Virus record (IMG/VR): IMGVR_UViG_3300020409_001101
Span: 1-40,681 of that record
Length of the DNA stretch: 40,681 bases
Strand: one strand, 5' to 3'
Source of the DNA: a virus
Taxonomy: Duplodnaviria > Caudoviricetes
The first letter of the stretch is position 1, and every line of letters begins with the position of its first letter. Under the pieces are notes generated by a model. That model searched no databases. It saw only the letters and a list, made by a program, of their open reading frames with translations, and was not told the origin of the DNA. A program made the position numbers and the translations under genes. Below are positions 10,163 to 18,903 of this stretch, in pieces.

Positions 10163-10563
10163 TGGGAAACAACCTTGTATCTATTCATGCTGAAGACATA
10201 AGAGCAGTAGGCAACAGGGTAATTGTTTCCGACATGCACTTTGGAGAACAAAAAACTAGAGGTGGTATTATCATTAGAGATGATGATGGAACTTCTAGAG
10301 GAATTTATCCTAGATGGGGAAAGGTTTTTAGGAAAGGCCCAAAGAACAGCGAGCCGTATGAAGAAGGACAATGGGTCCTAGTAGAGCACGGACGTTGGAC
10401 AAGAGGACTCAGTATTACTATCGGTGATGTTGAAAGAACGTTGAGAATGGTTGAAGCTGAAAGCATTCTTGGTTATTCTGAAAACCAGCCAGAAGATGCT
10501 ATCATTGGCACAGAGTACAATGATGGTCCCGCAGACATTAGACCAGAAGAATTTCAAAGGTGA
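10162..10563 (+). CDS. groES: GroES-like co-chaperonin
   Basis: IRAVGNRVIV...EQKTRGGIII mobile loop, GKVFRKGP, ESILG. Confidence 0.8.
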   Translation: MGNNLVSIHAEDIRAVGNRVIVSDMHFGEQKTRGGIIIRDDDGTSRGIYPRWGKVFRKGPKNSEPYEEGQWVLVEHGRWTRGLSITIGDVERTLRMVEAESILGYSENQPEDAIIGTEYNDGPADIRPEEFQR

Positions 10564-10567
10564 TAAG

Positions 10568-10966
10568 TTGATAGACCTAAACAAATACAAAGAGTTTGTT
10601 GAGGGAGTTACCTCAGATGACTCAAATGACTGGGCTCATTTACAAGCCCGGTTGCATGAACTTAATGATGATGTTAATATTGCATTGTTGTTAACAGGAG
10701 CAATTGGCATTGCGTCAGAAGGAGGCGAATTTGCTGAGATTGTTAAAAAGTGTGTTTTCCAGGGTAAGCCTATGGATGATGACACCAAATATCATATTAA
10801 ACGAGAACTTGGCGATATTATTTGGTATTGGGTTAATTCATGCAGGGCGTTGGATTTAGATCCCAACGAAGTAATCCAAGAAAACGTAGAAAAATTAAAG
10901 GCAAGATATCCAGGCGGAGAATTTGATGTTACACATTCAGAAAATAGAAAAGAAGGCGACTTATGA
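10568..10966 (+). CDS. mazG: MazG-like NTP pyrophosphohydrolase
   Basis: GIASEGGEFAEIVKK...RELGDIIWY, NVEKLKARYP; start moved to TTG 10568 to avoid a long overlap with groES. Confidence 0.85.
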   Translation: MIDLNKYKEFVEGVTSDDSNDWAHLQARLHELNDDVNIALLLTGAIGIASEGGEFAEIVKKCVFQGKPMDDDTKYHIKRELGDIIWYWVNSCRALDLDPNEVIQENVEKLKARYPGGEFDVTHSENRKEGDL

Positions 10967-11336
10967 AGATGCTACCAAAGTCTGTAGCAAGTGCGGAGTT
11001 GAGCAACCTATAGAAAATTTTGGCCGTTCAAGTGGTGCAAAATATCGTAGGACAGAATGCAACAAGTGTAACAGAGAGCTTGTCAGGGTACGAAAGCTAC
11101 TAAAGGAGGTAACTCCTCCTCCACCCTCAGATCATGTTTGTCCTATTTGCGAAAAGACAGGAGAACAAGTAAAAGGTGCAGGTGGAAAAAAGTCAGGAAC
11201 TTGGTGTTTAGATCATGATCATAAAACTGGAAAGTTCCGAGGTTGGATTTGTCATACTTGTAACAGAGCCATAGGACAGTTACAAGATAATGTAAGGATT
11301 TTACAAAACGCAATTAAATATATAGAAGGAGTATAA
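10926..11336 (+). CDS. Endonuclease VII-family (His-Me finger) nuclease with N-terminal Zn ribbon
   Basis: CxxC pairs; CPIC...LDHDHKTGKFRGWICHTCNRAIG; GGAG RBS at 10916-10919. Confidence 0.85.
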   Translation: MLHIQKIEKKATYEDATKVCSKCGVEQPIENFGRSSGAKYRRTECNKCNRELVRVRKLLKEVTPPPPSDHVCPICEKTGEQVKGAGGKKSGTWCLDHDHKTGKFRGWICHTCNRAIGQLQDNVRILQNAIKYIEGV

Positions 11337-11337
11337 A

Positions 11338-12015
11338 ATGGTACAAGCATATACAAAAGTAAGAGATCAGGTTGCCTTTGATGAAGGCCTAAGAAAATTT
11401 ATGTTGAACATGTACAATCATACCGCAACAGGTTTAGGAATAAGCGGATTGGTTGCTTGGTTAACTTACAGTTCAGGATTGCTATTTGCAATGGGCAATC
11501 TTATGTGGCTATTCGTACTTGCTCCGTTAGGTATGATATTTTATTATAGTTTTGCAGGAAGAAATTGGTCATTACAAGGATTGACAACCTTCTATTATGT
11601 GTTTACCGCATTAATGGGGGTTAGTCTATCAACAATATTTGCTGTCTATACTGCCTACAGTATTACACAAGTATTTTTTATCACAGCCGCCACATTCGCA
11701 GGTGCTAGTCTTTATGGATATACAACCAAAAGAGATCTTACAAATTTTGGTTCTTTTCTTATCATGGGATTGATAGGTATTATCATCGCAAGTATTGTAA
11801 ACATATTTTTGGCAAGTTCTGCAATGATGTTTGCAATCAGTATCATTGGTGTGTTTATTTTCACAGGATTAACTGCTTGGGATACTCAAAATGCCAAAAC
11901 AATTTATTTGGAAACTAGAGATGAAAAATATGGCGTTCAATTTGCTTTGAGTCTCTATCTTAACTTTATTAATCTTTTCCAAATGCTTCTTGCACTTTTA
12001 GGTAACAGAGAATAA
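11338..12015 (+). CDS. Bax inhibitor-1/YccA family membrane protein
   Basis: About 7 hydrophobic segments; YGYTTKRDL, GLTAWDTQ, ALSLYLNFINLF. Confidence 0.9.
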   Translation: MVQAYTKVRDQVAFDEGLRKFMLNMYNHTATGLGISGLVAWLTYSSGLLFAMGNLMWLFVLAPLGMIFYYSFAGRNWSLQGLTTFYYVFTALMGVSLSTIFAVYTAYSITQVFFITAATFAGASLYGYTTKRDLTNFGSFLIMGLIGIIIASIVNIFLASSAMMFAISIIGVFIFTGLTAWDTQNAKTIYLETRDEKYGVQFALSLYLNFINLFQMLLALLGNRE

Positions 12016-12025
12016 CCAAAAGTCA

Positions 12026-12054
12026 TTGACATTCCTATTGTTAGGTGTTATTAT
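12026..12054 (+). promoter_or_regulatory. Sigma70-type promoter with extended -10
   Basis: TTGACA (12026-12031), 17 bp, TATTAT (12049-12054), TG at 12046-12047. Confidence 0.75.
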
Positions 12055-12074
12055 ATACAAAATAGGAGTGTAGC

Positions 12075-12239
12075 ATGAAGTTTCCAAAGCCACAATCAAG
12101 CGGGATAGGTACTACTGGTGCAGTAGGAGTTTCCCTTATGGTTTTACATTTAACAGGATTTGTAACAGGTTGGTATTGGCCAATCATTTATATTTTGTTT
12201 ATACTGAGTGCTATAGGTCAAGAGAATAGGAAAGGTTAA
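12075..12239 (+). CDS. Small two-TM membrane protein (54 aa, not in ORF track)
   Basis: AGGAG RBS; MKFPKPQSSGIGTTGAVGVSLMVLHLTGFVTGWYWPIIYILFILSAIGQENRKG; TAATG coupling to the next gene. Confidence 0.8.
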   Translation: MKFPKPQSSGIGTTGAVGVSLMVLHLTGFVTGWYWPIIYILFILSAIGQENRKG

Positions 12240-12781
12240 TGGCTACACACGGAATGATAGATTTAGAAACACTAGGAGTTGATCCTGAGTGTGTAGTATT
12301 AACGATTGGTGCTATCAAGTTCAATCCTTTCAGTAATCAGGAACCACACAATGGACTTTACCTACGTTGTAATGTAGATGAGCAAACTGAAATGGGCAGA
12401 ACTGTGGACGAAAACACTTTGGCATGGTGGGGGAAACAAAAACCTGAAATACGTGATGAAGCATTATCTGACGATGATAGAACTACAGTTGAAAATGTTA
12501 CGAAAGCAATTAATAAATTTTGTGTAGGACTGGATTACATATGGTGCCAAGGACCTACCTTTGATTTTACAATTTTACAAAATTTTTACAAAATGGCAGG
12601 CAAGCCTGTTCCGTGGAACTACTGGCAAATTAGAGATAGTAGAACATTATTTAAAATGATGCCAAAGGATCCTCGTAAAGCAATACAAAGTGATTTACAC
12701 AATGCATTAGCAGATTGCTATTATCAAGCAAAGTGTGTGCAACAAACCTACAAGCATTTTGGAGTTACAAGTGAAAACTAG
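12239..12781 (+). CDS. DEDDh 3'-5' exonuclease (DexA/Rv2179c-like)
   Basis: MIDLETLG, GPTFDFTIL, RDSRTL, HNALADC. Confidence 0.88.
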   Translation: MATHGMIDLETLGVDPECVVLTIGAIKFNPFSNQEPHNGLYLRCNVDEQTEMGRTVDENTLAWWGKQKPEIRDEALSDDDRTTVENVTKAINKFCVGLDYIWCQGPTFDFTILQNFYKMAGKPVPWNYWQIRDSRTLFKMMPKDPRKAIQSDLHNALADCYYQAKCVQQTYKHFGVTSEN

Positions 12782-13082
12782 AAAACTTATAGACGGTAGA
12801 GAAGCTCAGGAACTAGAACAACCTATTAAGTTGTTGATAGAAACAAAGTGTCCAAGTAAATGGAAAATTGTAGACATGGAAACAGGACAAGCATATATAG
12901 GCACTAACAACAACAAAAAATTTCAATATTGGCAACCTATAGATGACAACAGACTGAAAAATATCGAAACTGAGCTGAAGGAACTTAACAAGAAATTAAG
13001 TAAACATATAGACTTTATTGATGACACGTATGAAGGTTTGAAGAATCCAATTAATGCGGCAAGGAGGTGGTTAGGCAGATGA
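12771..13082 (+). CDS. Hypothetical protein
   Basis: GGAG RBS and GTG start at 12771; ETKCPSKWKIVDMETGQAYIG. Confidence 0.7.
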   Translation: MKTRKLIDGREAQELEQPIKLLIETKCPSKWKIVDMETGQAYIGTNNNKKFQYWQPIDDNRLKNIETELKELNKKLSKHIDFIDDTYEGLKNPINAARRWLGR

Positions 13083-13996
13083 AGGAACTTTGGGTAGAGA
13101 AATATCGTCCAAACACAGTTGATGGTTATGTGTTTCGAGATGAGCATCAAAAGAAACAGGTGCAACAGTGGATTAAAGACGGTACTATTCCACACTTATT
13201 ATTTTCAGGTAATGCAGGTATTGGTAAAACAACACTTGCAAAAATTTTGCTTAATCAACTAGAAGTAAATGATCTTGATGTTCTTGAAATAAATGCAAGT
13301 CGGACAAACAGTGTAGAAGACGTAAGAGATAAGATTGTAAACTTTGTACAAATGATTCCATTTGGTGACTTCAAGGTTGTTTTACTGGATGAGGCAGATT
13401 ATCTATCGCCAAATGCACAGGCGGCACTTCGTGGTGTAATGGAAGAGTATCATACAACAAGCAGATTTATATTGACTTGTAACTATCCGAATAGAATTAT
13501 TCCTGCACTACATTCAAGATGTCAGGGCTTTCATATTGAACGTATTGATCAAACAGAGTTTACGGCTCGTGTTGCTGAAATCCTAATTGCTGAAGAAGTT
13601 ACTCCAGACATTGATACCCTTGATACTTATGTAAAAGCAACGTATCCAGACTTACGTAAATGTATTAATATGGTACAAATGAACAGTGTAAGTGGACAAT
13701 TACTTCCTCCTGAAAAAAGTGACGCAGGTGAAAGTGATTGGAAACTTGAAATGACAGAACTTTTCAAAGCTGGGCAAATCACAAAAGCAAGAAAACTTGT
13801 TTGTAGTCAAGCCCGTCCAGAAGAAATTGAAGATGTTTACAAATGGTTGTATGATAACATAGATTTGTTTGGTGATGAAGAAAAGCAAGAAAGTGCTATT
13901 CTAATTATTAAACAGGGACTTGTAGATCATACATTGGTTGCTGATCCAGAAATCAATTTGGCGGCAACAATGATAAGACTTGCGAGAATGAAATGA
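13079..13996 (+). CDS. Sliding-clamp loader AAA+ subunit (T4 gp44/RFC-like)
   Basis: LWVEKYRP, Walker A GNAGIGKTT, Walker B LLDEAD, SRC motif. Confidence 0.93.
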   Translation: MKELWVEKYRPNTVDGYVFRDEHQKKQVQQWIKDGTIPHLLFSGNAGIGKTTLAKILLNQLEVNDLDVLEINASRTNSVEDVRDKIVNFVQMIPFGDFKVVLLDEADYLSPNAQAALRGVMEEYHTTSRFILTCNYPNRIIPALHSRCQGFHIERIDQTEFTARVAEILIAEEVTPDIDTLDTYVKATYPDLRKCINMVQMNSVSGQLLPPEKSDAGESDWKLEMTELFKAGQITKARKLVCSQARPEEIEDVYKWLYDNIDLFGDEEKQESAILIIKQGLVDHTLVADPEINLAATMIRLARMK

Positions 13997-14418
13997 AAAT
14001 CTTAATATTCGGGTTACCCGGAAGTGGCAAGACAACACTTGCTACTCCATTCGCTGAACTTATAGGTGGTGTACATCTAAATGCAGATGCAGTTAGAGAG
14101 ACTTACAAAGACTGGGACTTTAGTCCAGAAGGTAGAATACGTCAAGCACAACGTATGAGACATCTAGCAGACGGTGTTGTTATGGGAGGGAAAATTGCCA
14201 TAGCAGATTTTGTTTGTCCTACAGAAAGAGCAAGACAAGAATTTGCTCCCGACTTTACAGTTTGGATGAATACAATAGCTGAAGGAAGGTTTGAAGATAC
14301 AAATAAAATGTTTGAAGAACCAGCTTCCTGTGACTATCATGTAAAAGAATGGTTTAATGATACTCATGCACAATTACTTGAAGTTGTAAAACGTTATATG
14401 GAGAAACATAATGTTTGA
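13993..14418 (+). CDS. Adenylyl-sulfate-kinase-like P-loop kinase
   Basis: FGLPGSGKTTLA, NADAVR, DFSPEGR, FEEP. Confidence 0.8.
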   Translation: MKILIFGLPGSGKTTLATPFAELIGGVHLNADAVRETYKDWDFSPEGRIRQAQRMRHLADGVVMGGKIAIADFVCPTERARQEFAPDFTVWMNTIAEGRFEDTNKMFEEPASCDYHVKEWFNDTHAQLLEVVKRYMEKHNV

Positions 14419-14815
14419 TAGATTTAAACCTACTACACAAATGCTAGGACGTTGGCAACCTTGGCACGATGGACATACAGAGCTTTTCAAACGTGCATTG
14501 GCTGAAACAGGCCAAGTATGTATCATGATCAGAACTGTTCCACAAGACACAGATGCGTCAGGTGGACGTACAATGACACAAGACGATAATCCTTTTGTTG
14601 TAGCAGATGTTGAAGAAAATATAAAAAAAGAATTAGAAAAAGAAGGTTACGTATACAATAGAGAATACACGATTATGATAGTGCCTAATATAGTTGATAT
14701 AAGTTACGGAAGGGGTGTTGGTTATACCTTTACTGAACATGATTTAGGAAAAGAAATACATAGCATTAGTGCAACAAAAATTCGTGCAAAGATGCGAGAA
14801 GATGGAGATCTATGA
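14411..14815 (+). CDS. HIGH-superfamily (cytidylyltransferase-like) nucleotidyltransferase
   Basis: [20 protein letters not shown]. Confidence 0.85.
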   Translation: MFDRFKPTTQMLGRWQPWHDGHTELFKRALAETGQVCIMIRTVPQDTDASGGRTMTQDDNPFVVADVEENIKKELEKEGYVYNREYTIMIVPNIVDISYGRGVGYTFTEHDLGKEIHSISATKIRAKMREDGDL

Positions 14816-15150
14816 CATATCTAGTAAACGAAAATTGTATCAAATGTAAACATATGGATTGCGTAGAAGTTTGCCCTGTTGATTGTTTTTATGAAGGTGA
14901 AAACATGCTGGTCATAAATCCAGATGAATGTATTGACTGTGGAGTATGTGAACCTGAATGTCCTGTAGATGCTATTATACAGGCAGATGAAGATAATGAA
15001 TGGTATAATCTTAATTTTAAATGGTCTAACGAATGGCCTAATATATCTCAAAAACGTGAAGAAGATGTGCCTCAAGATGCTGAAAAATGGAAAAATGTAA
15101 CAAATAAGTACAAGGAACATTTTTCTGAAAAACCAGGTAGAGGTGACTAA
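14812..15150 (+). CDS. fdxA: 7Fe-type ferredoxin FdxA
   Basis: [18 protein letters not shown] and [16 protein letters not shown]. Confidence 0.93.
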   Translation: MTYLVNENCIKCKHMDCVEVCPVDCFYEGENMLVINPDECIDCGVCEPECPVDAIIQADEDNEWYNLNFKWSNEWPNISQKREEDVPQDAEKWKNVTNKYKEHFSEKPGRGD

Positions 15151-15470
15151 TGAAGTTTAAATGCAAACATATTTTATTCAGTTATGATAAAGCAGAGAAC
15201 AGCACACACGAAAGAACATTAGGTAAGGCAGTTGAAGACGCTGAAGATCTAATAAAGCAATTAAAAAGAGGTGATGTCACGTTTGATGAAGCCGCAAGAT
15301 TAAATAGTGCATGTGCTAGTGGGCCAAGACACGGAGGTGACCTTGGTTGGCAACAAGAAGAACATTTTCATCCAGACTTTGCTAACGCAGTAAAATTAAT
15401 GGGCATAGATACAATTGGTCCTCCAGTAATTACTCCCTGGGGAGTTCACATAGTTTTAAGGACAGGATAA
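15150..15470 (+). CDS. ppiC: Parvulin-type peptidyl-prolyl isomerase
   Basis: KHIL, FDEAARLNSAC.S...GGDLG, TPWGVHIV. Confidence 0.88.
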   Translation: MKFKCKHILFSYDKAENSTHERTLGKAVEDAEDLIKQLKRGDVTFDEAARLNSACASGPRHGGDLGWQQEEHFHPDFANAVKLMGIDTIGPPVITPWGVHIVLRTG

Positions 15471-16003
15471 TGTTAGAATACGAATACTACGATTGGACTA
15501 GTCTGATTGATGAAAAAGAAAGAGAACGAATGTGTTCTATTGTTGACTCGGGAATAAAAGCAGGACGCTTTTGGCATAATAGTCCTAAGTATCAAACTGA
15601 TTGGAATGTATTTCAAGATTTCACAAATTTAAAAATGAGTTTTATTTGGAGTTGTTTTAAATTTCTAGGACGGGAAGTGCAAATAAAACAAATACAGAGT
15701 TGGAGTTTTCAAACCAGTTTAAAAAATGCAGAGGATAGAGACAGGTTATGGCATCACCATAATCACAATCCAAACACCACAACCGTAAGTGGTGTGTATT
15801 ACATGCAATTACCAGATGATGTAAAAGATTTAGAGAAAGCAGGAACAGAACTTGCTCCAGACAGTCCTGAAGGTGAAGGAAATATTTTTGTTCCCTGGAA
15901 AACAGGTCATTGGATGATTTATCCTGGTAAGATTTGGCACCGACCTGGTGTAGTTCAATCTACAAATGACCGTTATATTGTAGCCGCAGATATGGAGTTT
16001 TAA
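15470..16003 (+). CDS. Putative 2OG-Fe(II) oxygenase
   Basis: WHHH, VSGVYY, IYPGKIWHRP, RYIVAAD double-stranded beta-helix pattern. Confidence 0.7.
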   Translation: MLEYEYYDWTSLIDEKERERMCSIVDSGIKAGRFWHNSPKYQTDWNVFQDFTNLKMSFIWSCFKFLGREVQIKQIQSWSFQTSLKNAEDRDRLWHHHNHNPNTTTVSGVYYMQLPDDVKDLEKAGTELAPDSPEGEGNIFVPWKTGHWMIYPGKIWHRPGVVQSTNDRYIVAADMEF

Positions 16004-16672
16004 ATGAGCGTAAGATTAATATCATATAGTAAAGCATCTGAATTCGAAACATATCCAGATGGACAACCTTTGAATTGTCAAGATTTGGTAGCTTATTGTG
16101 CCAGAGTAAGTAATCCAAGTAATCAAATGAATAAGGAAACAAGCGAAAAATTAATTAAGTATCTTATTAAACATGCACACTGGTCACCTTTAGAAATGGT
16201 AAGTGCTTGTTTAGAGATAAAAACTACAAGGGATATAGCACATCAGATAGTACGTCATAGAAGTTTTAGCTTTCAAGAATTTAGTCAACGTTATGCTGAT
16301 CCAAATGATCAAGGTGATATGTTTCAATATAGTGAAGCAAGACTACAAGATCCTAAGAATAGACAAAACTCGATAGAAGTAGACGATGCAAAACTTCAAC
16401 AAGAATGGGAATGGGCACAAATGCGTATTGCTCATTTAGCCAAAAAAGAATATGACTGGGCTATTAAAAAAGGTATTGCAAAAGAACAAGCTAGAAAAGT
16501 TTTACCAGAAGGTTTGACTAAAACAACATTGTACATGAATGGAACCCTACGAAGTTGGATCCATTACATTGACCTTCGCGGTGCTAACGGCACACAGAAG
16601 GAACACATGGAAATTGCTCATTTATGTGCCGAAGTAATAGCTAAAATTTTTCCGCTGGCTACAGAACTTTAA
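16004..16672 (+). CDS. thyX: FAD-dependent thymidylate synthase
   Basis: HWSPLE, RHRSFSFQEFSQRY ThyX motif, EQARKVLP, TQKEH. Confidence 0.95.
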   Translation: MSVRLISYSKASEFETYPDGQPLNCQDLVAYCARVSNPSNQMNKETSEKLIKYLIKHAHWSPLEMVSACLEIKTTRDIAHQIVRHRSFSFQEFSQRYADPNDQGDMFQYSEARLQDPKNRQNSIEVDDAKLQQEWEWAQMRIAHLAKKEYDWAIKKGIAKEQARKVLPEGLTKTTLYMNGTLRSWIHYIDLRGANGTQKEHMEIAHLCAEVIAKIFPLATEL

Positions 16673-17394
16673 AGTTCGTCACCATACACTTCTAATACTT
16701 CTTTTACAGCTTCGTGCCTTTCGATATCCTGGTGATCAAAAGTGACACAATCTAAACGGGAAGCATGTCCATGTCTACGTAATTGTGATATGAAATGCAG
16801 TAATCCGTTATCTTGCATTCTGTCAGCCTGATTTAAATCTCCTGTTACAGCCATTTTTGATCCATCGCCCAAACGTGTTAGTAACATTTTCATTTGACTA
16901 GCTGTTGAATTTTGCATTTCATCAGCAATAACAAATGCTCTTTTAAATGTACGTCCTCGCATGTATGCCAAAGGTGCTATTTCAATAATACCTTCGTTAA
17001 TCATTCCTTCTATTTCACGGGCCGTAAAATATTCTCGAATAACATCAAATACAGGTCTGGTCCACGGCGCCATCTTTTGCTCCAAAGTTCCAGGAAGAAA
17101 TCCTAGATCTTCGTCAACAGAAACAGCTGGTCTAGTAACAATAATCTTGTCAACACTGCCTTCCTTAAATAGTTTTACCGCAGTTAGAACCGCAATGATG
17201 GTTTTACCTGTGCCAGCAGGACCAATTCCAAAGACTACGTCTTTTCCCGAGTCAGCTAGGGTCAACATGTATGTTTCTTGGGCTCTATTTCTAGGGTATA
17301 TTTTAACTATTTTTTTCTTTTCTGGAAGGTAGGTATTAAGTTGTACAACATTACTGTGAAAGTTCTTACCCTTTCGGGCTCGCTTTGCACTCAT
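16669..17394 (-). CDS. phoH: PhoH-family ATPase
   Basis: GPAGTGKT, LGFLPG, YMRGRTF, DEMQN, LTRLG, GDLNQ; start set at ATG 17394 behind an AGGAGGA RBS. Confidence 0.95.
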   Translation of the reverse strand: MSAKRARKGKNFHSNVVQLNTYLPEKKKIVKIYPRNRAQETYMLTLADSGKDVVFGIGPAGTGKTIIAVLTAVKLFKEGSVDKIIVTRPAVSVDEDLGFLPGTLEQKMAPWTRPVFDVIREYFTAREIEGMINEGIIEIAPLAYMRGRTFKRAFVIADEMQNSTASQMKMLLTRLGDGSKMAVTGDLNQADRMQDNGLLHFISQLRRHGHASRLDCVTFDHQDIERHEAVKEVLEVYGDEL

Positions 17395-17444
17395 GAAGTG
17401 TCCTCCTTTATTACTTCGTTTGTAGCGTTCTTCTGCTACAAAAA

Positions 17445-17452
17445 TATTTATA
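17445..17452 (-). promoter_or_regulatory. Consensus T4 late promoter TATAAATA driving phoH
   Basis: TATTTATA on + strand reads TATAAATA on -; upstream of the phoH RBS. Confidence 0.75.
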
Positions 17453-17492
17453 AGATCTAGCCAAGGTAAAAAGTACATACACTTTAATCGGA

Positions 17493-17498
17493 TAAATA
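17493..17498 (+). promoter_or_regulatory. T4-like late promoter (GATAAATA)
   Basis: Divergent from the phoH promoter, upstream of ATG 17519. Confidence 0.7.
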
Positions 17499-17518
17499 AC
17501 TATAGATAAGGTATTACC

Positions 17519-18049
17519 ATGAAAGACGTATTAGAGATAATTAAAAACATTGAATCAATATACGAAAGCGATGTCGCATTCACGGTTCTTAAAGACTTTG
17601 AAAGAGTCTTGGATGACTTGGACATTTATGTGTATGATAATTGGGGAGAAGGCGAATTAGTAGCTGGACCGAAGATATCTAGACATTGGGTAACTTGTTC
17701 ATTTATGTGGGATAAAAACAAGATGCCAGATCCAATGGGCGGAAAAAGACTGTTAGACTATGATTGTAAAGTCACATATGGTAAAGATAAGATTATAAAA
17801 CCACGTAAAATACGCACTCCAGATGATATTAGACCTGGTACTAAAAAAGGTAAACTAGATACACTACCTATTTGGGTAGTTGAAATAATGATGCCTAAGA
17901 AACTTATTGCTGACATATATGGCGGCTATAGAGCAATGAACGATTATTCAGTTGATCCAGCAGTTGCTCCTAGTGTACCAGCAGAACAACAAGCCGCTGA
18001 AGCAGGAGCAGAAGCAACAGCAGATGCAGTGCCATCGGAGACATTGTAA
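17519..18049 (+). CDS. Conserved phage hypothetical protein
   Basis: DFERVLDDLDIYVYDNW.EGE.V.GP...MPDPMGGKRL; late promoter; AAGG RBS. Confidence 0.8.
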   Translation: MKDVLEIIKNIESIYESDVAFTVLKDFERVLDDLDIYVYDNWGEGELVAGPKISRHWVTCSFMWDKNKMPDPMGGKRLLDYDCKVTYGKDKIIKPRKIRTPDDIRPGTKKGKLDTLPIWVVEIMMPKKLIADIYGGYRAMNDYSVDPAVAPSVPAEQQAAEAGAEATADAVPSETL

Positions 18050-18750
18050 TGGGTTTACAAAGAAATGATTTAAAAGATTTGCTTGATACTATAGTTGAAA
18101 TAGATTCTTATAAAAGTAAAATGGGAGAAGATGCTGACATAGTTACAGTGGCTTTTTCTGTGTTAGGAGAAGAACCAGCAAAAGACTTAGAAAACTTTGT
18201 TGAGAAAGGCTATCCATTTGTTTTAGATGCAGACGTGACATCAGGTGAACAACCAGACGGATATTATAAAGTATTTGTTGAAATGGAAAGAAACAAAAAA
18301 GTACCTGGTCATATTATTGAAATTATAGATGGTGTAAGTAAACTTGCAGATGTACAAGATTTAAGATTTAGATATCACAAAAATTTCAAAGGAAAAGATT
18401 TGACACTAGCAAATCTTGAAGAAACCGTTCCATTAGATGCAACAGGCTACACTGATACAATAAAAGGTGTGCAAATGGAAAATTACAAAAACTTTTTTAC
18501 AAATAGTTACGCAGAAGAAATAACTCTTAGAGAAGACACTTTAACAATTAAAAATACATATCAACAACCTATAAAATTCGAAGTAGTAGACTTTGGTAAA
18601 GACTTAGAAATAAAAGAAAGTATTGACATGGAAAATATGGCTGAAGTAATTTTTTTAACAAAATACTTAGGTGATTACAATATCAATAAGTTCGGAGATT
18701 ACATAGTCTTAGAAAACCAAGGATACGTTTTAAAGTTAAAAAGGATCTAA
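18049..18750 (+). CDS. Conserved phage hypothetical protein
   Basis: TAATG coupling; IDSYKSKMG...PAKDLENFVEKGY.FVLDADV. Confidence 0.8.
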   Translation: MGLQRNDLKDLLDTIVEIDSYKSKMGEDADIVTVAFSVLGEEPAKDLENFVEKGYPFVLDADVTSGEQPDGYYKVFVEMERNKKVPGHIIEIIDGVSKLADVQDLRFRYHKNFKGKDLTLANLEETVPLDATGYTDTIKGVQMENYKNFFTNSYAEEITLREDTLTIKNTYQQPIKFEVVDFGKDLEIKESIDMENMAEVIFLTKYLGDYNINKFGDYIVLENQGYVLKLKRI

Positions 18751-18903
18751 ATGAGTTACTGTCAAAATTGTGGGAATGAATCACATTGTGGAGCATCACT
18801 ATACAAAGATATGACAGATGGAGATAACAACACAATAAATATAGAAGTGTGCAAACAATGTCGATGCGAAGTTTGCCAAAAAAAGGACACGGATAATGGC
18901 TAA
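18751..18903 (+). CDS. Small Cys-rich metal-binding protein (50 aa, not in ORF track)
   Basis: AAGGA RBS; MSYCQNCGNESHCGASLYKDMTDGDNNTINIEVCKQCRCEVCQKKDTDNG; fills the gap between neighbouring genes. Confidence 0.8.
   Translation: MSYCQNCGNESHCGASLYKDMTDGDNNTINIEVCKQCRCEVCQKKDTDNG

Noticed and set aside
10451-10567. Long N-terminal extensions given by the ORF track (also 17395-17478, 28236-28274, 29107-29139)
   Set aside because: They overlap neighbouring genes or promoters; downstream starts fit the RBS and domain boundaries better.
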